Shown here: positions 38,560-52,431 of the stretch, piece after piece
Position numbering within the stretch: the first letter of the stretch is position 1
Layout of the letters: each line of letters opens with the position of its first letter
Assembly (NCBI RefSeq): GCF_018350175.1
Contig: NC_058368.1
Coordinates: 181,724,001 to 181,788,000, forward strand
DNA: 64,000 bases
DNA from: Felis catus
Taxonomy: Eukaryota
Reading direction: 5' to 3'
Notes under the pieces: model-generated
Seen by the model: only the letters and a program-made list of their open reading frames with translations
Database searches by the model: none
Told to the model about the DNA's origin: nothing
Translations under genes and position numbers: made by a program

Positions 38560-39012
38560 CTAACATTCTCCCAGCACCTCAGCTCTAAGTCAAAATCAGT
38601 GACTCCCATACAAGTAGATTTTCCTTTCTCCATGGTTTCCCTTCTTAGTTTCATTCTGTCTGGAACAATATCTCCTCCCTCATTTCCATAGGCCAGTTCC
38701 TCTTTCAGACCCCCATCAGGTGTCACCTCCTTCCAAAATTCCTCCCTGAATGCCCCAGCCAGAACTCTTCTCCCATCTTTCTAAAGGAACCTCGTTGAAG
38801 GTGTACATCATGTCCCCCTTATATTAAGATTATTTATGTTCTTGCCTTATTTTTCCTGCTGGACAACAAACTCCTTGAATGCAATAACCCTGTCTGGATC
38901 ATCTTTGAATCCATCACCATGATTCACACAAAGACTTGCAATGAAAAAGTGTATGCTATAGGAATATATAAATAAATGAATGTCAGATGCTCAATATCTG
39001 CTGAATTAATGA
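38560..39012 (+). mobile_element. L2 3' fragment
   Basis: 'gtcacctccttccaaaattcctccctga...ctcaatatctgctgaattaatgaa'. Confidence 0.55.
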
Positions 39013-39454
39013 ACATAAGATTATTATTACTACTCTCCTGCTATGTCACAAAGAGATTAAGTTACATTTTGTAGGCTAGAGAATAGGGCTAAGGTTGGGG
39101 AAGCACTAACAGTAGCTAGACTCTAAGAATATGGCAACAAAGTTGCAGCTTTTAGGGGGCTCCCAGGTGGGGGGGGGAAGACAGGAAAATACAAAGATGT
39201 AACAGGTCACATTGATACTTGACACTCAACAGAAATTCTAGTCTCGACTTTACTGTCAGGTCAATAAAAAGCTGGTCAGCAGAGTAGATTAAAGAATCTT
39301 ATATAATATTTTAATGTGTTTAATGTCAAGGGGCTTGGTTCTAAAAGAAAATTTTGTGTCTGTGTGTATGTTCCCATGCTCATGCTTTCTGGGATGCGAA
39401 GAGGGAGATAATTGTGCAGAGATTCTGCAAAATCTCCTGAAATGTCTCTCTCTC

Positions 39455-39568
<114 letters not shown>

Positions 39569-40059
39569 GCTGAAGAGATAACATCATTGAATAAATAATA
39601 CTTTTTAAGAGGCTTAAAAACATTGTAAGGAGTGTTTTCACTGATTGGTAGAAATTCTTTTTGATTAATTAATTAGTTAATGTTTTCAAAGCACTTTCAA
39701 GATGAGAAACATTTGGTGAGGCTACATAATTGTTATTTTTCCTTGTCCCTCAGTTTTCCACATTACCAGGTTTGTTATTCTCCCAGGTTGCTCAGCAGCT
39801 TACGTGCCTCACAGAGACATGGTGTGGGAACTATTTTTAGAGAAAAGAGAGAGACGGGATGCCACTAAGCATGGAATAAGAAACAAAGTCCCTGAAAACA
39901 AATATAAAATTATATTTTAAACATAACCATACAAGAGAGGGGCATCATGATGAAAATTAGTGATATCTTCTATCGGGGAAATTCCATTTGCTTCGTAGCA
40001 AAGGACCCTGAGCTCCTTGCAACAGGTCTAGATTGACACCTATTGGTTTGAGGAATAAC

Positions 40060-40860
40060 ACGGACTTTCACTAAGAGCTTACTATAGTCTAGGTATTGTG
40101 AAACTACTTTGCATACATTAACTCATTTTCTCCTCAAAACAACTGTTTGAGAGACCATTGCTATAAACACTTTGTAAAGAAACTAAAGTCTGGAAAGGTT
40201 AAATGACCACCCAAGGTCATTAGACAGCTTGTAATTGATGCTGTCTAATTTGGCCATGATGCTGGGAGCAAGCATAGGGGGAAAGAGCAAAGAGGACAAT
40301 AAGGAGAAGTAAGAGAGAGAAATTCCAGCTAAATCTTACCCTTATATGTCTGATAACTCGCTAATAGATTAATAAGTAGAAAGCAAATGAGCCAACATGT
40401 CCTATTGGTTAAACTAATTCACATAGCAAGGGTGATTTCGTTTCATTTCCAAAGTGAAGATCTATATTTAATACTCACAGGATCACCTGACATTCTGTCC
40501 ACAGACCCAGGCCCCTAAAATCCTCATTACTATCAAATGACATGGCACCATTGTGAGAATGAAGTCCTGGGTCATGAACCTCCAATTTCCCTTTGGCTAA
40601 AAGCAACTGTCATATTATTTCTTTAAAAGCCTCTTGATAGAATGAAAGAGCAAGGGCTTCAGATGATAGTTTCAGATCATGTCAGCCCCTTACTAACTGT
40701 GTGACCTTGGTCCTTATTATTTAACATCTCTGAACCTCAATCGTTACATTTATCAAATGGGGGCAAAGAAAAAAATCTCTTCGAGATTTGCCGTGAGCAT
40801 TATTTGTAACCATACATAGAAAACAACTAACAGTACCCAGAATATAGTAGGTGCTTCATT
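40060..40860. mobile_element. two MIR fragments (about 40060-40230 minus, 40640-40860 plus)
   Basis: 'aaaggttaaatgaccacccaaggtca', 'tactaactgtgtgaccttgg...ttaacatctctgaacctca'. Confidence 0.65.
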
Positions 40861-41189
40861 AAAAAAAATCAAATATTCTTTCTTCTTCCTTCTCTTTCTT
40901 CTCTTCTTCCTCTCTCTCAAATTACATATCCCAGCCTGTTGAAAGCCATGTCAAAAAATTCCCAAGCAGCAGGTTCCTGATTGCCAAACATCATGGGTGG
41001 AGCAAAGTAATGCCATTGAAACTCACTGCATGCTTCAGCTGTGTCCCCTCCCCCACCCAGTAATTAAAATGTCAATGAGATAAACGAAATGTGTAGTTTC
41101 TGAAGTGGGCAAGCTTATTCTGAGAATAGGTATCTGGTACAGGGATTAGAATCCAGTTAGGCAGGTGTGCACAGTTTATTGTGTTCCTT

Positions 41190-41408
41190 GGGTGCCTGGG
41201 TGACTCAGTCCATTGAGTAGCTGACTTTGGCTCAGATCATGATCTCAAAGTTCATGAGTTCTAGCCTGACATGAGGCTCTTTGCTGTCAGTGAAGAGCCC
41301 ACTTTGGATCCTTGGTCCTCCTCTCTCTCTGCCTCTCCCCTAGTTTCTCCCTCCCTCTCTCAAAAGTAAACATTAAAGAAATAAAATAAAATAAAAAATG
41401 AAAAAAAA
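41190..41408 (+). mobile_element. CAN-SINE
   Basis: Typical structure; TSD ttattgt(g/c)ttcct. Confidence 0.93.
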
Positions 41409-43771
41409 TTATTGTCTTCCTGGCTGCAGGTTTCTCAGTAGTGCTGATATAATTAAAATAAGTAAGTAAGTAAATAAGTAAATACTCCTTGCAAATAGGA
41501 GCTACAAGGATGCCAAAGTCACAGAGACAAGGGAGGAATGCAGAAGAGCATATCTGACCCTCCCCATCCACTGACTCAGTGATTTCAGGCAAGTTATGGG
41601 ACCTCCTTAAGCCTCAGTTTTTCCTCAAAGAAATGGCACTAACACTCCATCAGGGGTGTTGTGACAGGAAATGAACTAACCCATGGAAAGGGCATGCATC
41701 AGGACCTAAGGGCTAGCAGTGGTTTCCAAGGTGGTTTAAGCATCCGCCCTCTCCAGCAGAAAAGATGGTGCTTAAAGTAAGCTGTTCATGGTGGAGTCGG
41801 GAGGAGGGAAGAAGGAGTAGAGGGATGGCAGCAATATCAAGAAAGATCTTTCTCAAGGTGTGCAATTCTGTTAAGGAGCAGCAAAAAGGTTCAGAAGTTG
41901 CTCTCATTTGTACGTGCTTTCAAGAGGCCTCAGGAACCTTCGCTGCCGTGGTCCCCTCACACACTCCATGTTCTGAGAGGCAGAATGTACAGTGAGCCGG
42001 CTCAAATAGAAGGTAGTAAATGGGTTGGAATTCAGCTTTCTATTATTCTTTCTTTTTCTTCCACGAAGACTTTGAACAGTTCACAGCCATCAACAAACAT
42101 GCTCAGAGAAGTAACAGGTTAAGGGCAGGTTAGTGCTTCGCCCAGAAACCTGTGAGGAGGTGAGTTATAAAAAGAATGGAGGGCTCCCTACATTTCCCCA
42201 ACTATATTTCTCTGGTAAGGAGACAACCTCCACCATGGGGCTTCCAAAAGCACTCGGAAGTTCCATGTGATTATGTTATAGTGACTGAGAGGGGCAGAAT
42301 GCCTTCCACGGTGCAATGAAGTTTAAGAAATAAGGTAGTCAGAAGAGAGATTAAAAGGCCTGTGTCCTTTCCTGCCAGCCTAAATTCCACCCCCCACCCG
42401 CAACCAGGAACACTTCAAAGATATTCTAGTAGGAAAGGTTGCCAACTAATTGTCAGAGAGGATTAGTATTATCAGTGAGCCTTTGGTCTTCTGGCAAGCC
42501 AGGTGGAGAGAGGAGCCAGTTCCACAAAGCAGTTTCTATGGAAAACAGAGAAGTAGCCTTTATCCTAGGGTACCCAGACTTAGGCAGCATTTAACACCCG
42601 CTATGAGCAGACCACCTATTCTTAGAACAGACCAGACATAGAGCACATGGCCCTCACTTCCATTTTATGAAAAAGACCAAACAGTCAAGGTAAGGGCAAG
42701 TAATAAACAAAGTAGCCATTACAGGATTTAGATTAGGAAATGTAATTATCCCATTCCTCCCCCAAACTCAGATCAAATGGGTTGCAAACCTTTATGGAGA
42801 GCTCTGACCCAGGACACAGCCATTGGTCATTGGAAGAAAAAAGAGAAGAGGGGAAGAAAGCCTATAATATATTCTAATCCACATTTCAGCTAGAGAGAAG
42901 GTATTGAGGAAGAAATATGACAGCGGCTCTTACAAGGAAGCTTGTGTCACTCCATTCCCCGAATGTTAAGGGAAATGGTAAGAGACTGCAGCACAAATCG
43001 ATTTGATAACCTAGCAGGGGGAAAAACAGAAGAAGTAGGAGACTACTGGAAAATTCTTATTGAGAACATTTCCTCACAAGGATATCCTTAAGAGAAGTGT
43101 TTCTTCCTGATAAGACAAAATTGCATCCATGAATTTATTTCTTAAACTCTCTTTACCTTATAAATTTTCTCATGCCATCTCTTTCTTAAAAACCTTCAGT
43201 TGCTGCTTCCTATTGCATGAAAAATGAGGTTTAAACCAAACAGGGCATACCTTGCTCTTGACCATCTATTTTTAATCTACTATCAGGTACTATCTTCCTC
43301 CTCTTCCCAACCATGGACCCCCAAGTTTGATCACACAGACTATCTTTTTAAAAATGAATCATGCTCTGTACCTTTGCATGTCTTTTTTTCATTCACTTTC
43401 AATATTCTCTTTCTTCTCCACATCTGGTGAACTATTTATCCTTCCAACTTTTGCATAATAGAAAAACACTGTTCTAAAATATTCTTACACTCCACCAGGA
43501 AGAATTCAGCATGGTCTCTTAGTGCTTCTTTACCAGTTCTTAAATTTAACAATTATTTTACTACATAATTTCTGATATCCTTGCTAGGATGTTGAGTTAT
43601 TTCAGGGTTTAAACCCAGGTCATATTCTTACTTATACTGGGAATGTCTGCCAACAATGAAGCAATCCACTAGTTTGTTTTCCACAAATGAAAAAAGGCTT
43701 AGGTTTTCACAGTTTGAATATCAGTTCACCTAATTTGTAAGTGGCTGATCATGTGATCATGACTAAAGCAA

Positions 43772-43808
43772 ACACCACCATCTAGTGGCAGTATACACAA
43801 ATTGCAGT
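43772..43808 (-). promoter_or_regulatory. CTCF motif with upstream module
   Basis: Minus strand CTGCAATTTGTGTATACTGCCACTAGATGGTGGTG: core CCACTAGATGGTG, with TGCAAT starting 18 nt before the core CC. Confidence 0.65.
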
Positions 43809-44427
43809 ATCAAGTCTTAAGACATGGATATATTTTTGAAGTTTCTACCTGCAAGCTTGAATTTCAAAATATGACTACACAAAGAGTTACCACCATATGA
43901 TCATTTAAGTAATATATTCTTAATTTATTATTAATAGATAACTTCAAAGATACTTGTAATGCATTTGATTATTCAGTTTCTCCAGTTATTTTCAATTTAA
44001 AGTCTATTTATATACTTTAAATGTATGCAGTTGATTTTACATAAATTATATCTTTATAAAGTTGATTTTTAAAAGTCTATTCATAACACAGTATCTTTTC
44101 ATGCCAAGTCTGCATTTGTTCCTTTGACAAATGAACCAACTACATGTAAAGTAATAGATACTACGTAATGAAAAGTTTTCTCTTACATTAAAAGATTATA
44201 ATACATGTGCCAGGACTTGGAAAACCGATGATTTTTTTTCTATAAGTTAGCTCATTTATATGTAAAAAAATGATCACTGACCCTTTTAATGGTGATCCTT
44301 AGACACTGTAGTTGCTATTGACCCCAAAGAGTCTCATAATCATCAACTACAAAATTTATATACAATATACTCAGGATTAAGTATTTTCAGCTGGTGTAAC
44401 ATTTAAGATACTTTCCCAAGAATTCTT

Positions 44428-44455
44428 TTTTTTTTTTTAATGTTTATTTAGTTTT

Positions 44456-44486
<31 letters not shown>

Positions 44487-44651
44487 GAAGGGGCAGAGAG
44501 AGAGAGAGAGAGGGAGGCACAGAATCTGAAGCAGGCTCCAGGCTCTGAGCTGTCAGCGCAGAGCCCGATGCAGAGCTTGAACCCACGAACTGAGGGGTCA
44601 TTGCCTGAGCCGAAGTCTGGCGCTTAACCGACTGAGCCACCCTGGTGCCCC
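44428..44651 (-). mobile_element. CAN-SINE
   Basis: Perfect 14-bp TSD tcccaagaattctt (44414-44427, 44652-44665). Confidence 0.96.
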
Positions 44652-45389
44652 TCCCAAGAATTCTTAGTAACCCTCCTCAGTCAGAATAGTTTATCAAATA
44701 CAATAAATACTCTGTTTCATGATCACATAGAAAATTGATGGTACAATAGTTATCATACTGTTGCTGAGCAAACATCCATGTCTTTTTTGTACCACTGGAA
44801 TTCTGTTCTTTTTCCTCTATAGTCCTCTAATATTGGGGGGTGGTGTGTATTATGAAAGAAATAACAAAGGTGTTCTAAACACACTAGTTGCCACTCAGAG
44901 TAAGATGTAGCTTATATCTCTATTCAAATACATAATGTAGCTCCAAAGTCAGGCTGCTAGAGGAGATAAGAATTCTTCAAGGTAAAACAATGTGTTTTGA
45001 AGATAAGAACTTGCCTACTGAATTGCACCCTGGTCTCAGTTTCACTCTTTGTATATTTGGGAATTGAGAATTCACATGGAGGCCTGAGTACCTGTTCACC
45101 TCTGGCCTTGTCCCTCTTCCTAATCTGTCTTGCAAATCATCACCAGATTATTATCCTAAACCATCCATGCACACATCACTTTAATTTGGAAGTTTTACAA
45201 CTTCCGACCATCTACAGAACAAATTTTAACTGCTTATGTTAGCAATCAAAGCACCTGGCTGTTTTGGCCTCCACTTTGTCACATCTCCCCAACAAATGCA
45301 CTATACTCTCTACTCCATCTATTGACCCTTGCTTGGTAAAATCTGCCAATCCCTAAATATGTCATATGGTTCCCCCCTATTTTTCTATG

Positions 45390-45545
45390 CCAGTGCTTTT
45401 CAAACTATAATGTACATACCAATTGCCTGGGCATGCATATTCTGATTCATGGGAAAGCCTGAGTCTGGGAAAGCCTCAGATGCCATATTTCTAACACAGG
45501 TGGTGCCAATGCTACTGGTCCCAGACCACGTTTTGCACAACAAGG
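45390..45545. mobile_element. hAT MITE (MER5B-like)
   Basis: 'cagtgcttttcaaact...gctactggtcccagaccacgtttt'. Confidence 0.7.
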
Positions 45546-45683
45546 ATATATTCCATATCACAACATATTTATCCAGTCCCATTTGCACTCCTGACATTTC
45601 CAAATTTTAAAATAGTTACTTGTGTTTTAGCAAATCAACTCTGAACCCCTCCTCTTCCTAACATTTTCCCTAGTCCCTCTAGT

Positions 45684-45861
45684 CCAGGGTTTTCAAATTG
45701 GCTGCACATTAGAATCACCTGGGGGATTCAAAAAATTCAGCTGCACAAGCACATGCCAGGTCAATTAAGTGAGGGTCTCTGGGGTTGGGGCCCAGGCATC
45801 AGTATTTTTTTTTTTTAATCCTTAGGTGATTACAACCTGCAGCCAAAGTTGAAAACTACTG
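45684..45861. mobile_element. hAT MITE (MER5A-like)
   Basis: 'cagggttttcaaattggctgcacattagaatcacctggg...gcagccaaagttgaaaactactg'; the arms are inverted repeats. Confidence 0.85.
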
Positions 45862-47179
45862 CTTTTGGGTGGAAGGGACTTTTTTCTTTCAACATCTGTG
45901 ACTTTGTACTTGTTTTTGTATTTGAATTAGCTGTGAACTGTTCTGTATAAATGTCCTACTTCCCTTACCAGCATACAGACTTCTTGAGGACAGAATGTTT
46001 ACCATCTTTTGGCAGGCTGAATATCTTACCACCTAAGCAAAGGCTGTTGAAACAGTCCTTCAGTTCAATTTCCAGATCTATCACGTACCATCCTGAGATT
46101 ATGTTTAAGCTCTTCTTGTCTCACTTTTCTTCTCCATAATAATAAGAGCAGCTGTATTGTCAGGTATTTTTTTAATAAGTGAGATAAAACATATGAAGCA
46201 CTAAGTGAGTGCTGGCTCACAGTATCTACTAAACAAAAGCTAGCCATTATTATTAATTAGCCTTCTTTGCCTCACATTGTATAACATAGCAGTAAGCAGT
46301 CAATAATCATTTGCTGGATGAATAAGTCAATAAATGATGGAGAATAAATCATATGTAATTGCTCTAAAATAAACCCACAGCACCAGCCTTCTACTAAAAG
46401 TTCAAGTTAATGAATGTTAACTTTTTACTGCCTGTGACTATGCTGCCATTGGCCTGGTGAATTCTGATCTAAGAAAAGGTGTATGGTCTATTCATAATGG
46501 AAGAGACTAGACAAAAGATAGGATAAAAATAACTTCACCTTTTTAAAAACATCATCAGTATTTGCCCACTAAAATTCACTAGACTTATTAACATAAATTA
46601 ATGCATTCAACTGAAAACATTATTTTTTGCAGGACACCTTTGAAACCCAATCCAAATCTCACCAAGCACCCAATTTCAAAACCTTTAACATATGTGAATT
46701 ATTTGTCCTTTTGTAATGAACAGTCTTTCCCCCTCAATTGCAAGGACCGTGTCTTGGCCACCAGGAGTGTAAACAGCCCAGCTTTGTAATCATTCTTATG
46801 CCAACAGAGCATGTCACCATCATTGAGCAGTAAAGTACGTAGGTGACTGAAGACACTAGGCATAATACATAATGTGATGGAACAAGTAAAGTCTGTCTAT
46901 TACCCGTGTGAATAGAGTCCTTTTGTTGGAATCCATCCTGGTGGAATGAATAGCCTCTGCTATGTTTATTGATTACACCCTAACTATTGAGGCAGAGGTG
47001 GCTAGAGCTGCCCAGAAAAATAGTCAGATGCCATTGTCCGCCTTTCATTTTGGTAGGGCCAGATAATCAGTCAGAAATTCACTTTTAAAGTCTAAACAAA
47101 ATGTTCAATATTCTTACATCCCGCAAGAAAAAAAAAATCAAGCAGAAAAGGAAATGTCTTAAGTAACTCGTACCTGAGC

Positions 47180-47790
47180 AATTTTCACTATCTCTGTGGT
47201 GGCCATGCAGATCCACCACACCATGACCTTTGCCTATCTGGTCTCCTGCGTCCACTTTCTTCCTACACAGTCAATATAATATTAAAAACCCTGTCTGACC
47301 CTGGCACTGTCCCACTCTCCAATGTCAAACCCTCTAATGACTGCCAGTCGTACTTCAAATACACTTTCGATTCCTTGATGGTCATACTAGACCTCAGATG
47401 GTCTAGCCTTGCCTATTCGTCTGACCTCCTCCCATTCTGTGGGAGTCACCACAACGTAGCTGCACAGGCTGTCTTCTGCCCCGAGTGACCTCAAACTCAC
47501 TCCTCTTATCTGCTTACCTTTTCCTTTTGCACATACCTGAAGCACTCTTCCCTTGGATTTTACAGACCTTTTTCCCTTATTTAGTCCCCGCTCAAATGCT
47601 CACTATCCCATTACCCTCTTTTATTTTCTTCATAGCAGTTATCACCATCTGCAAGCACTTTATTAATTTGTTTACTTGTTTAGCATCTGTTTTCACAGAA
47701 GCTTGTTCACCATTAAAGACCCTTGGCCTCAAGTAGCACTTGACACATTGTAGGGGTTTAATACATAGCTGTGCTTAAACAAATGAACGA
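47180..47790 (+). mobile_element. L2 fragment
   Basis: L2-like body ending 'acacattgtaggggtttaatacatagctg'. Confidence 0.55.
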
Positions 47791-48109
47791 GCTTAGCAAC
47801 CTTTTTACCTTCATAAAAATTATTTTTGTACATAACATCCAGTGATATTGCTGTCTTGCCCAAATTCATTGACATCTCCCCTGCAATGAAAAAAACTTGT
47901 TTTCAGAGAAAACTTCAGAGGAAATTTCTGAAATTTTGAAATGACTTGAATTTTGAAATGACTTTTTTTTTCCTTTGGTAACATTATTAAATATTATTCA
48001 TGGTATCTTCTGGGTACTGAGAAACAATGACTTGTAATTGACAAAAAAGTTGAAAACACAGAAGCTTTATGTCTAGTTATCCTTCATTATTATAAATTTG
48101 GTAAATCAA

Positions 48110-49642
48110 TATGGAATCATATGATATGTGGTCTTTTGTGACTGGCATTTTCATTTACCATAATGTTTTCAAGATTAATCTGTGTTGTCACATGTATTAA
48201 TATTTCACTTTTTATTGCCAAATAATATTCCACTGAATGGATATACCACATTTTATTTATACATCCATCAGTTGATGGATATTTGTATTGTTTATACTCT
48301 TTGGCTATTATCAGTAATGCTGTGATAAACATGCACACATGAGTTTTGTACATTTACATATAAGATTTATATAGATGTATGTTTCTGCTCATCTTGGCTA
48401 TACAACTTGGGTCATATAATAACTCTATGTTTATCTTTTTGAAGAACTGGCAAACTGTTTTATAAAGAGAGTACACAAATTAGATTCCCACCAGCAATGT
48501 ACAAGAGTTCTAATTTCTCAACATCCTCCTTAGTATTTATTGTCTGTCTTTTTAAATATATCCATGCTAGAAGGTATGAAGTGGTAATTCATTGTGGTTT
48601 TGATTTGCATTACCCTAGTGACTACTGATTTTGAGTATCTTTAATGCACCTACTGGCCATTTGTCCATATTCTTTAAATAAATATCTATTATGATCCTTT
48701 GCCCAACCTATAATGGGATTGTTTTTATTTTTATTGAATTTTAAAAGTTCTTTATATATTCTGGATATAAGTCACTAGGTATATGATTCACAAATATGTC
48801 TCCTACTCAATGGGGTTTTTTTTCACTTCCTCACTTGTGTCTTCTGAGGCACAAATTTTTAAAATTTTGATGATGTCTAATTTGTTTACTTGCTATTGTT
48901 TATCAAACCTTAAAAAAAACAAAAACAAAAAAAAGGCCTAACCCAAGGTCACAAAGATTTACTTCTACATTTTCTCCTAGAAATGTTTACAATTTGGTCT
49001 TACTTCTAGGTTTATTATTCGGTTTAATTTTTGCATATGCTTTGTGGTAGGGGCTTAACTTGATTCTCTTGCATGAGGATATCCCATTGTTCTAGCACCA
49101 CTTTTTAAAAAGACCACTCTTCCCCATAAAACTGGTTTGCTCCCCTTATAGAAAATCGACTAACTATAAATGTAAGGGTTATTTCTGCAAATGCAATTCT
49201 ATTCCATTGATCTATATGTCTGGCCTCATGCCAGTACCACACTGTTTTGAGTATTAGACTTTTGTGTTAAACTTTGAAATCAGGAAGTGTGAATTTTTTG
49301 ATTTTGTTCTTTTGCAAAATTGTTTTGTATATTTCTGGGTCCCTTGCAGGTCCAGATGAATTTTTGGATCAGTTTGTCGATTTCTGCAAAAAAGAGTAGC
49401 CGTGATTTGACAGGATTTGTGTCGAATCTATAGATCAATTTGAAGATTATTGCCATTTTAACAATATTAGTTCTTCTGATCCATGATAATTGAGTGCCTC
49501 TCTGTTTATTTAGATCTTCTTTAACTTCTTTCAACAATTTTGTGGTTTTTACTGTACACATTTTATACTTCCTTTGATATGTTTATTCCTATTTTATTTT
49601 TCTTGATGCTCTGATAAGTGGAGCTATTCTTAGTTTCATTTT
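48110..49642 (-). mobile_element. old L1 ORF2 3' region (degraded)
   Basis: ORF remnants MFITALLIIAK..YPSTDGCINKMWYIHSVEYYLAIK and LLKEVKEDLNK..SWIRRTNIVKMAI..LIYRF align to the same L1 ORF2 regions seen at 61.9-63.3 kb. Confidence 0.9.
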
Positions 49643-52117
49643 CATAGATATATACAAAACATAACGCATTAAGTATAAATGACTTAGGCAACTGTCTTGC
49701 AAGGAAACATGTCACATAGCTGATTTAGTGCAAATTTGTATAACGCCAAGGACAGTTTTCATTTTTAACTTCTACCACTGTACTCCTGTTGCGATATAAG
49801 AAAATTAGGCAACAACAACTGAAGAAGTTAAATTAGGAATATTTCTCCCATAGGCAGTAAAATGCCAAATGTTTAAAGATGATGCTAAAAATGATCAGGG
49901 TTAAATGCTCTTCTCCTTTTTTTTTTTTTTTTTTAGGGACATCTATCTCTCAGAGCAAGCTCTTCTGTTAGGTCCTGACCTGCCTAATTTTACTTATAGG
50001 ATTTCTGAATTAGAAAAGGAAAGAGATATTTAAAATGGGAGAAAATACTATAAAATGCAAAAATAAATTTAACCTTGGAGTATAAATCAAGGCAGATCTA
50101 TGGACAGCATATTTTGAAATACAACACATTATTATTCATACTATGTTCAGTGACATTATTCATTATAATAGTTGTGTTTAATAATCTTATTTCCCAGAAA
50201 TATATTTTACATATTTTACTGACTGAAGTAATATACCCCTATAGCCTTAAAAGATTACAGCAATCAACTCAAGATTTTTATTTTCCGTTTTAATTGATAA
50301 TTTAGCCTTAACACTTTTTTGGGGGGAGAGAAGGAGTAGATTCATTTTATTTATTTTTGGTTGAGGGTAGCCTTAACGCTCTATAACATTCAAGTGAAAA
50401 TATCCATGAAAACGAGGCTTCTGGCAGTGGTCTGCCCTTTCTGGTCATTGCTTCATACCTTTCTTCCTTACGTTATGAAAGGAGAGCCAGGTGTGTTGGG
50501 GATATACAGCTGTGTTATTTCTTGAAACAGCTGGTGCCAACTTGTCAAAGGAAAAGCTTTCCTTTCCAAATATGTGGAAACCCTGTGTAAGTAGATATAA
50601 TGTAAGCTGCATCCCCACCATTATTGATTCTATTCATTGACAGCTGAGGTGTTTAATATATCCATCCTCTTTGTAATGTCATCTTAAAACTCTTTGAGGA
50701 TTAGTAAGTGTGTTTGTCTCAAAGGTATTCCTCAGAGAGCAAAGGCCAACTAGCCCTGTAGTCATGAGGGTTCTGAAAGAAACCTAAGTGAGGAAAATGG
50801 AGCAGAGAAGCCAGCAGATATGTTCCAACCTGCCACAAATAATGATTTTTAAAAAGCCCCAGAAGAATGCGCTTTGCTACTTTACATAATGCTATAATGC
50901 ATTAACTCATGTAATATGACTAGTGAAAGTTTATTTATTCATTTATTTCTGCCGCAGGCAAATACTGGATAAATGCTTACAATAGCAGGTTAGCAGGTGT
51001 TTCAGCTACAGCCATTAGTACCTCCTTGATGTACAGTAACTGTTCGACTGCTTGCTTCGTTCTAGCCCACGTGGAAATTGTCAAAGCCTTTAGTGATTTG
51101 CAGGAAAGAAAATAAGATTTTTAAGCTGTAGTATTTAGATCAGTAGAGGATTTGGTACATCCATGCTTGGATAATTCATTTCCCATAGATTATACCATAT
51201 GCATAGTATATGTAATCTATATGTCAAGACCTTCTTAATCATTTTCACTATCCACTCATCTTCCCATTTATTTGTTTGGAAAAATAATCTGAGATGATGC
51301 TCAATGGCCTCACTAACTGCACCCTATGCTAATAAATTTTAGATACTTCTTCAGCAGTTCATTTTTATTATTTTATATAATATACCTTCAGGCTACTGAG
51401 TGCATCTATAGGTTTCCTTCCCTCCATGATACGTCGTCTGGAGTGCTTAGCAGATCACTGAACTGAACTGATGTAAATGAGGCTTGAAATGTTAAACACA
51501 ACTTGTAATATCAAAGGTTTTCATATCAAATAATTTTGTTCCTAGAGAATCCTAGGGAGATTAAGGATGCACATGGTGTCTAAAATGTCCACCAGTTACA
51601 TGAAATATCCCAGCAGTAGATGCATAATTACCAGCTCACACTAGGAATACAAAGAAAACACAGCCAGTTTATCCAGCCCGTGTAAACAGACTGGGGAATT
51701 TTTCTGGGAATTAGGTCCATATAAAACTTATTGAATCCAGAACCAAAAATAACTGCAGACATCTGTCTGATAGAAGCTTTTATGATCGGGCCTTGAGGTG
51801 GTATTTTCCTTACAACTACAGTCGCAACAATTTTCTAAGCCCAGCTGAGAAGCAAAATGTGTAAGGCTGAGCTTTCAAACTAGCCTCTGTCAACTTATCT
51901 CAAAACCCTGTGAAATAAGTTTTTCATAACCTGTAATGCTAAACTGATTTTCAGGGTATGTTTATACTGCTGTTTTGCACTCAGTGTGGAAGAATTCCTG
52001 ACTTGAGGTTATTGGGGGAGGTAGTGGGGCAATATGTCATCTAAACAGACTTGAAAAGAAGGTTTCCTAAACCAGGACACTGGGGTTTCCCAGTTAATGA
52101 GAATCAAACGGAAACAA

Positions 52118-52150
52118 TGCACTTGAAGTTCATTGCCACAGGAGGCGCTG
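52118..52150 (+). promoter_or_regulatory. possible CTCF motif with upstream module
   Basis: TGCACTTGAAGTTCATTGCCACAGGAGGCGCTG; good 3' core (CAGGAGGCGCTG), weaker 5' core. Confidence 0.45.
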
Positions 52151-52211
52151 TGGAGAAATAGGTAGAGTTAAGATCCAGAATAAGAATGGCTAGCCACTGG
52201 CAAATCCAGAA

Positions 52212-52431
52212 CAATGGTTCTGAATTGGGGGCATTTTTGCTCCTCAGAAAAGATCTGGCAATGTCTGGAGATATTTTTACTTTTCACAGCTTGGGGTTGT
52301 TGGTGAGTGGGTCAGTGGCACCTGGCAGACTGAAGCCAAGGACGCTGCTGAATATCCTTCAATACACAGGACAGCTCCAACAATGAAGAGTTTTCCAGGC
52401 CTGTCAATATTGCTAAGTTTGAAAAACCTTG
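52212..52431. mobile_element. hAT MITE (MER20-like)
   Basis: 'ggggcatttttgctcctcag..tggcaatgtctggagatattttt..gccaaggacgctgctgaatatcct..cacaggacagc..tttgaaaaacct'. Confidence 0.85.

Noticed and set aside
47930..47966. Small tandem duplications (aattttgaaatgactt twice; similar ones at about 9560, 10058 and 45450)
   Set aside because: Ordinary slippage products with no sign of function.
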